The notes below the pieces were generated by a model. That model did no database searches and was not told the DNA's origin. It saw only the letters and a list, made by a program, of their open reading frames with translations. The position numbers and the translations under genes were made by a program. Shown here in pieces: positions 61,300 through 64,000 of a stretch of DNA of 64,000 nt. Position 1 is the first letter of the stretch. Each line of letters begins with the position of its first letter. This DNA comes from Schmidtea nova (Eukaryota), in the NCBI GenBank assembly GCA_044892505.1, contig CM097882.1, forward strand, positions 278,690,001 to 278,754,000, given 5' to 3'.

Positions 61300-62470
61300 C
61301 AGCTATTTCCTTAGCACTTATTAAAGAAGATTTAAATCCTGATTCAAGAAAATTTAAAACGCTCTTTAATAAAACGTCTATTAGAACTTTGAAATGTTTT
61401 GCTCGCAAAATTTACTTCATTCAGTATTTCATAACAAATGATCAAACTTACTAAACATTCAAAGGAAGTAAGTTTAGTTTCGATTGATTGAATTTAAGAT
61501 TTCGTTTTCAGGTCACTGATATGTCCATAAACGTCTTTCAAAGCTAGAGAAAACTTTGGTAATTGTTGTCTCACAGATATAACATTTCCAGGGCGACATT
61601 CCCACCTGACAACAGTTTTGGAGTTAAATATTCGGTATATTCTCTCAATATTCTCCACCGTATTACAGAACCAGCAAACATTTTGTATATGCTTTATATA
61701 GTGCCATAAAATAAGATGGCTAGATAAGACGATTTCGAAATGTCTCATAGAACTAAATTCAAATTATAACTTCCGCAGGGTATATAATGTACTTTGGAAT
61801 TCTTTTGCAGAATAAGTGCTTGCATACTTTTATATAAGCCTCTCATATTAGCTCCGTTATCATAACTCCGTTCTCGGCAGTTCCATAAATCCAATTCCTT
61901 CTTTTCTAAAATGTCTTCAATTATGGCTGATAACTCCTTCCCTGCTGAGTCTTTTACTGTTTCAAAACAAATAAATCTTTTTTGTATACTAACATCCGTT
62001 TCAGAATCATCTACATTAACAAATCGTAAAATAAAAGATAATTGTTCTTGATGGCCTACGCCTGTAGTGCAACCCATTAACATTGTGAAATATATAGCTT
62101 TCTTATTACCTTTATAACTTTTTGCCAATAACAAAAATCATTTCCTTTTGTATTCTATACTATAAATAGGAACGTAATGTTGATTCCACGCAACGATTCA
62201 AGTGTTGCTTAATAATTGGGTCCAACTTTAGAGTAACTCTATGAGACCAAAAAGATTTCCCTTACGTGATTTATATAAAGAATCACTACTTTCTCTGAAT
62301 GCTAAATTATGATCTGATAAAAATAAAATTGCCGCCACTGTTCGTTTACAAACACAGTTTAATCTCTGTGTTTTATTTTTAATAATATTTTTCATGTTCT
62401 TTGTCAAATGTGTAGTCATCAAGTAGTCACAATTTGTAGATAGCTTGTAAATAATGTTCAGATCTTTCAT
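61300..62470 (-). pseudogene. Decayed hAT (ZMYM1/DUF4371-like) transposase
   Basis: AILFLSDHNLAFRE...GNLFGLIELL; HQEQLSFILRFV; SYDNGANMRG; HYIPCGSYNLNLV; split over several frames. Confidence 0.85.
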
Positions 62471-62959
62471 GACTTTGTATTAGCTAACTTAAATTTACCC
62501 AATCGTTANNNNNNNNNNNNNNNNNNNNNNNNNNNNNNNNNNNNNNNNNNNNNNNNNNNNNNNNNNNNNNNNNNNNNNNNNNNNNNNNNNNNNNNNNNNN
62601 NNNNNNNNNNNNNNNNNNNNNNNNNNNNNNNNNNNNNNNNTTCCAATAGGGTTTTAGTTGTATGGTACAAATGTTTATGGAGAGTTGTGTGAGGGAAATA
62701 CTGAAGAGCCCGAGAGAGTCTTGCGATAATTGTGTGCAGACACTCGGGGTGTATGCTATGTTATGTAGTGTGCTGATGTATGCGATAAAACAAAACAAAC
62801 AAGATAACTAAATTAAATTAATATCACAACCGTACAACTGTATATAAAAAATTACTTCAACTTTTGGAGGGGATATATCTGTCTTTTAGTATATTGACGA
62901 ACTGGTCTCTTTGATAACTAGCGGTTTCTTGCAGGAAACTGGGGAACTGCTTTTTTATA

Positions 62960-63650
62960 TTGTCCAATAGTTCGTTTGAGAAATGTTGTCCAATTCGTAT
63001 AATCTCGAAAAAGTCTGTGTTGTTTATTGGTTGTTTAATTTTCTAAAGTTCCGGATTTTTTAATTTTGTAGGAAATGGACTTTCGGCTAATTCTAAATTC
63101 GGGATATTGAAAGATAGTTCTATAGTTCGTTTAAGAAATATTGTCCAATTCGTATAATCTCGAAAAAGTCTGTGTTGTTTATTGGTTGTTTAATTTTCTG
63201 AAGTTTCCGGATTTTCTAATTTTGTAGGAAATGGACTTTCGGCTAATTCTAAATTCGGGATGTTGAAAGATAGTATTTTCAATTCTTTATCTTCTTTAAT
63301 TTTGGCTGTTCGTTTCTCTGTATTCACAATCCAATAGTTGTGTTTTCTAAACTTTTCAAATCGCCAGTTCCTTTAGTAAATTTTATTTTTCTTCTGTTTT
63401 TATTGCTATAGTTAATTTTCAAATTCTATCTATTTTATTGATTTTTTTTTCATTTTCATTTTCAATTTTTTGAATTTAATTTTAATAAGGTTAATTATTA
63501 TAATAATAATTACTCGCAAGAAAAAAAAAGGGGGGGCCCCGGTTACCGTGAAGGCACCGACCATAACAATGACGGCGATTACCATATAATAAGCGAATAA
63601 CAACATAAAAATAACAATAAAATATAACATTCACATAACTTCCCCCTTTA
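62960..63650 (-). repeat. Probable 3' LTR region of a minus-strand retrotransposon, with an internal ~155-bp tandem duplication
   Basis: Minus-strand polypurine tract AAAGGGGGA followed by AGTTA at 63640; duplicated block at ~62960-63115 and ~63120-63270. No second LTR is visible. Confidence 0.45.
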
Positions 63651-64000
63651 AAACCGGAGGTTAACAAATAGAACGAAAAATTTACAGATTAACAATGTTG
63701 ACAACTTGTTTTTGTTGTTTTGTTTTATTTTGTTTTGTTTTTGTATTTGTTTTGTTGTTTATAACGTCTTAACCATAACATTTACATATTTACACGAAAA
63801 TAAAACTGTACATTTCACTGTGTTGTGCTTGTGTTTTGCTTGTGTATGTTAGTGTATTTTATTTGAGGCATTCGCTGTATCGTTTTATGTATAGGGGTGT
63901 GATTATTGAATCCTTGTCGAAGAGTTTTATTGTGTTTTTGTGGTTGAATGTGATGTGTTTGTGGTTTGGTTGTGTTTTTGTTTGTGTCGGTGCTTTGTCT

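Overview
AT-rich eukaryotic (probably animal) genomic scaffold with several N gaps, made almost entirely of mobile DNA. No rRNA, tRNA, CRISPR array or intact host housekeeping gene was found. The main feature is a Polinton/Maverick (adintovirus-like endogenous virus) at 10417-23988, bounded by ~0.9-kb terminal inverted repeats (5'-AGTAGGTAG...CTACCTACT-3') and a 6-bp target-site duplication (GAGATC). It encodes a protein-primed PolB with an endonuclease-VII-like insert, major and minor capsid proteins, a PZ-like core protein, an adenain-type protease and several accessory ORFs. No integrase or packaging ATPase is visible in the assembled sequence. Reading the DNA directly gave several additional results: (i) 39-54 nt GT-AG introns that repair the protease start and build two small genes missed by the ORF track; (ii) two histone-mRNA-type 3' stem-loops just downstream of the pPolB stop; (iii) DHFR-type double E2F sites and AP-1 arrays in the TIRs, and a CRE/CCAAT/TATA promoter in front of the polymerase unit. 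Together these suggest (inference) a virus-like element wired to the host S-phase programme. The window also contains the end of a second related element (to 3314), a decayed third pPolB copy (~50.7-52.1 kb), a Ty3/gypsy element with identical LTRs but no RT core, hAT, Tigger/pogo, mariner and piggyBac relics, two long foldback palindromes and an actin pseudogene fragment. All homology calls are by motif recognition; no database search was run.
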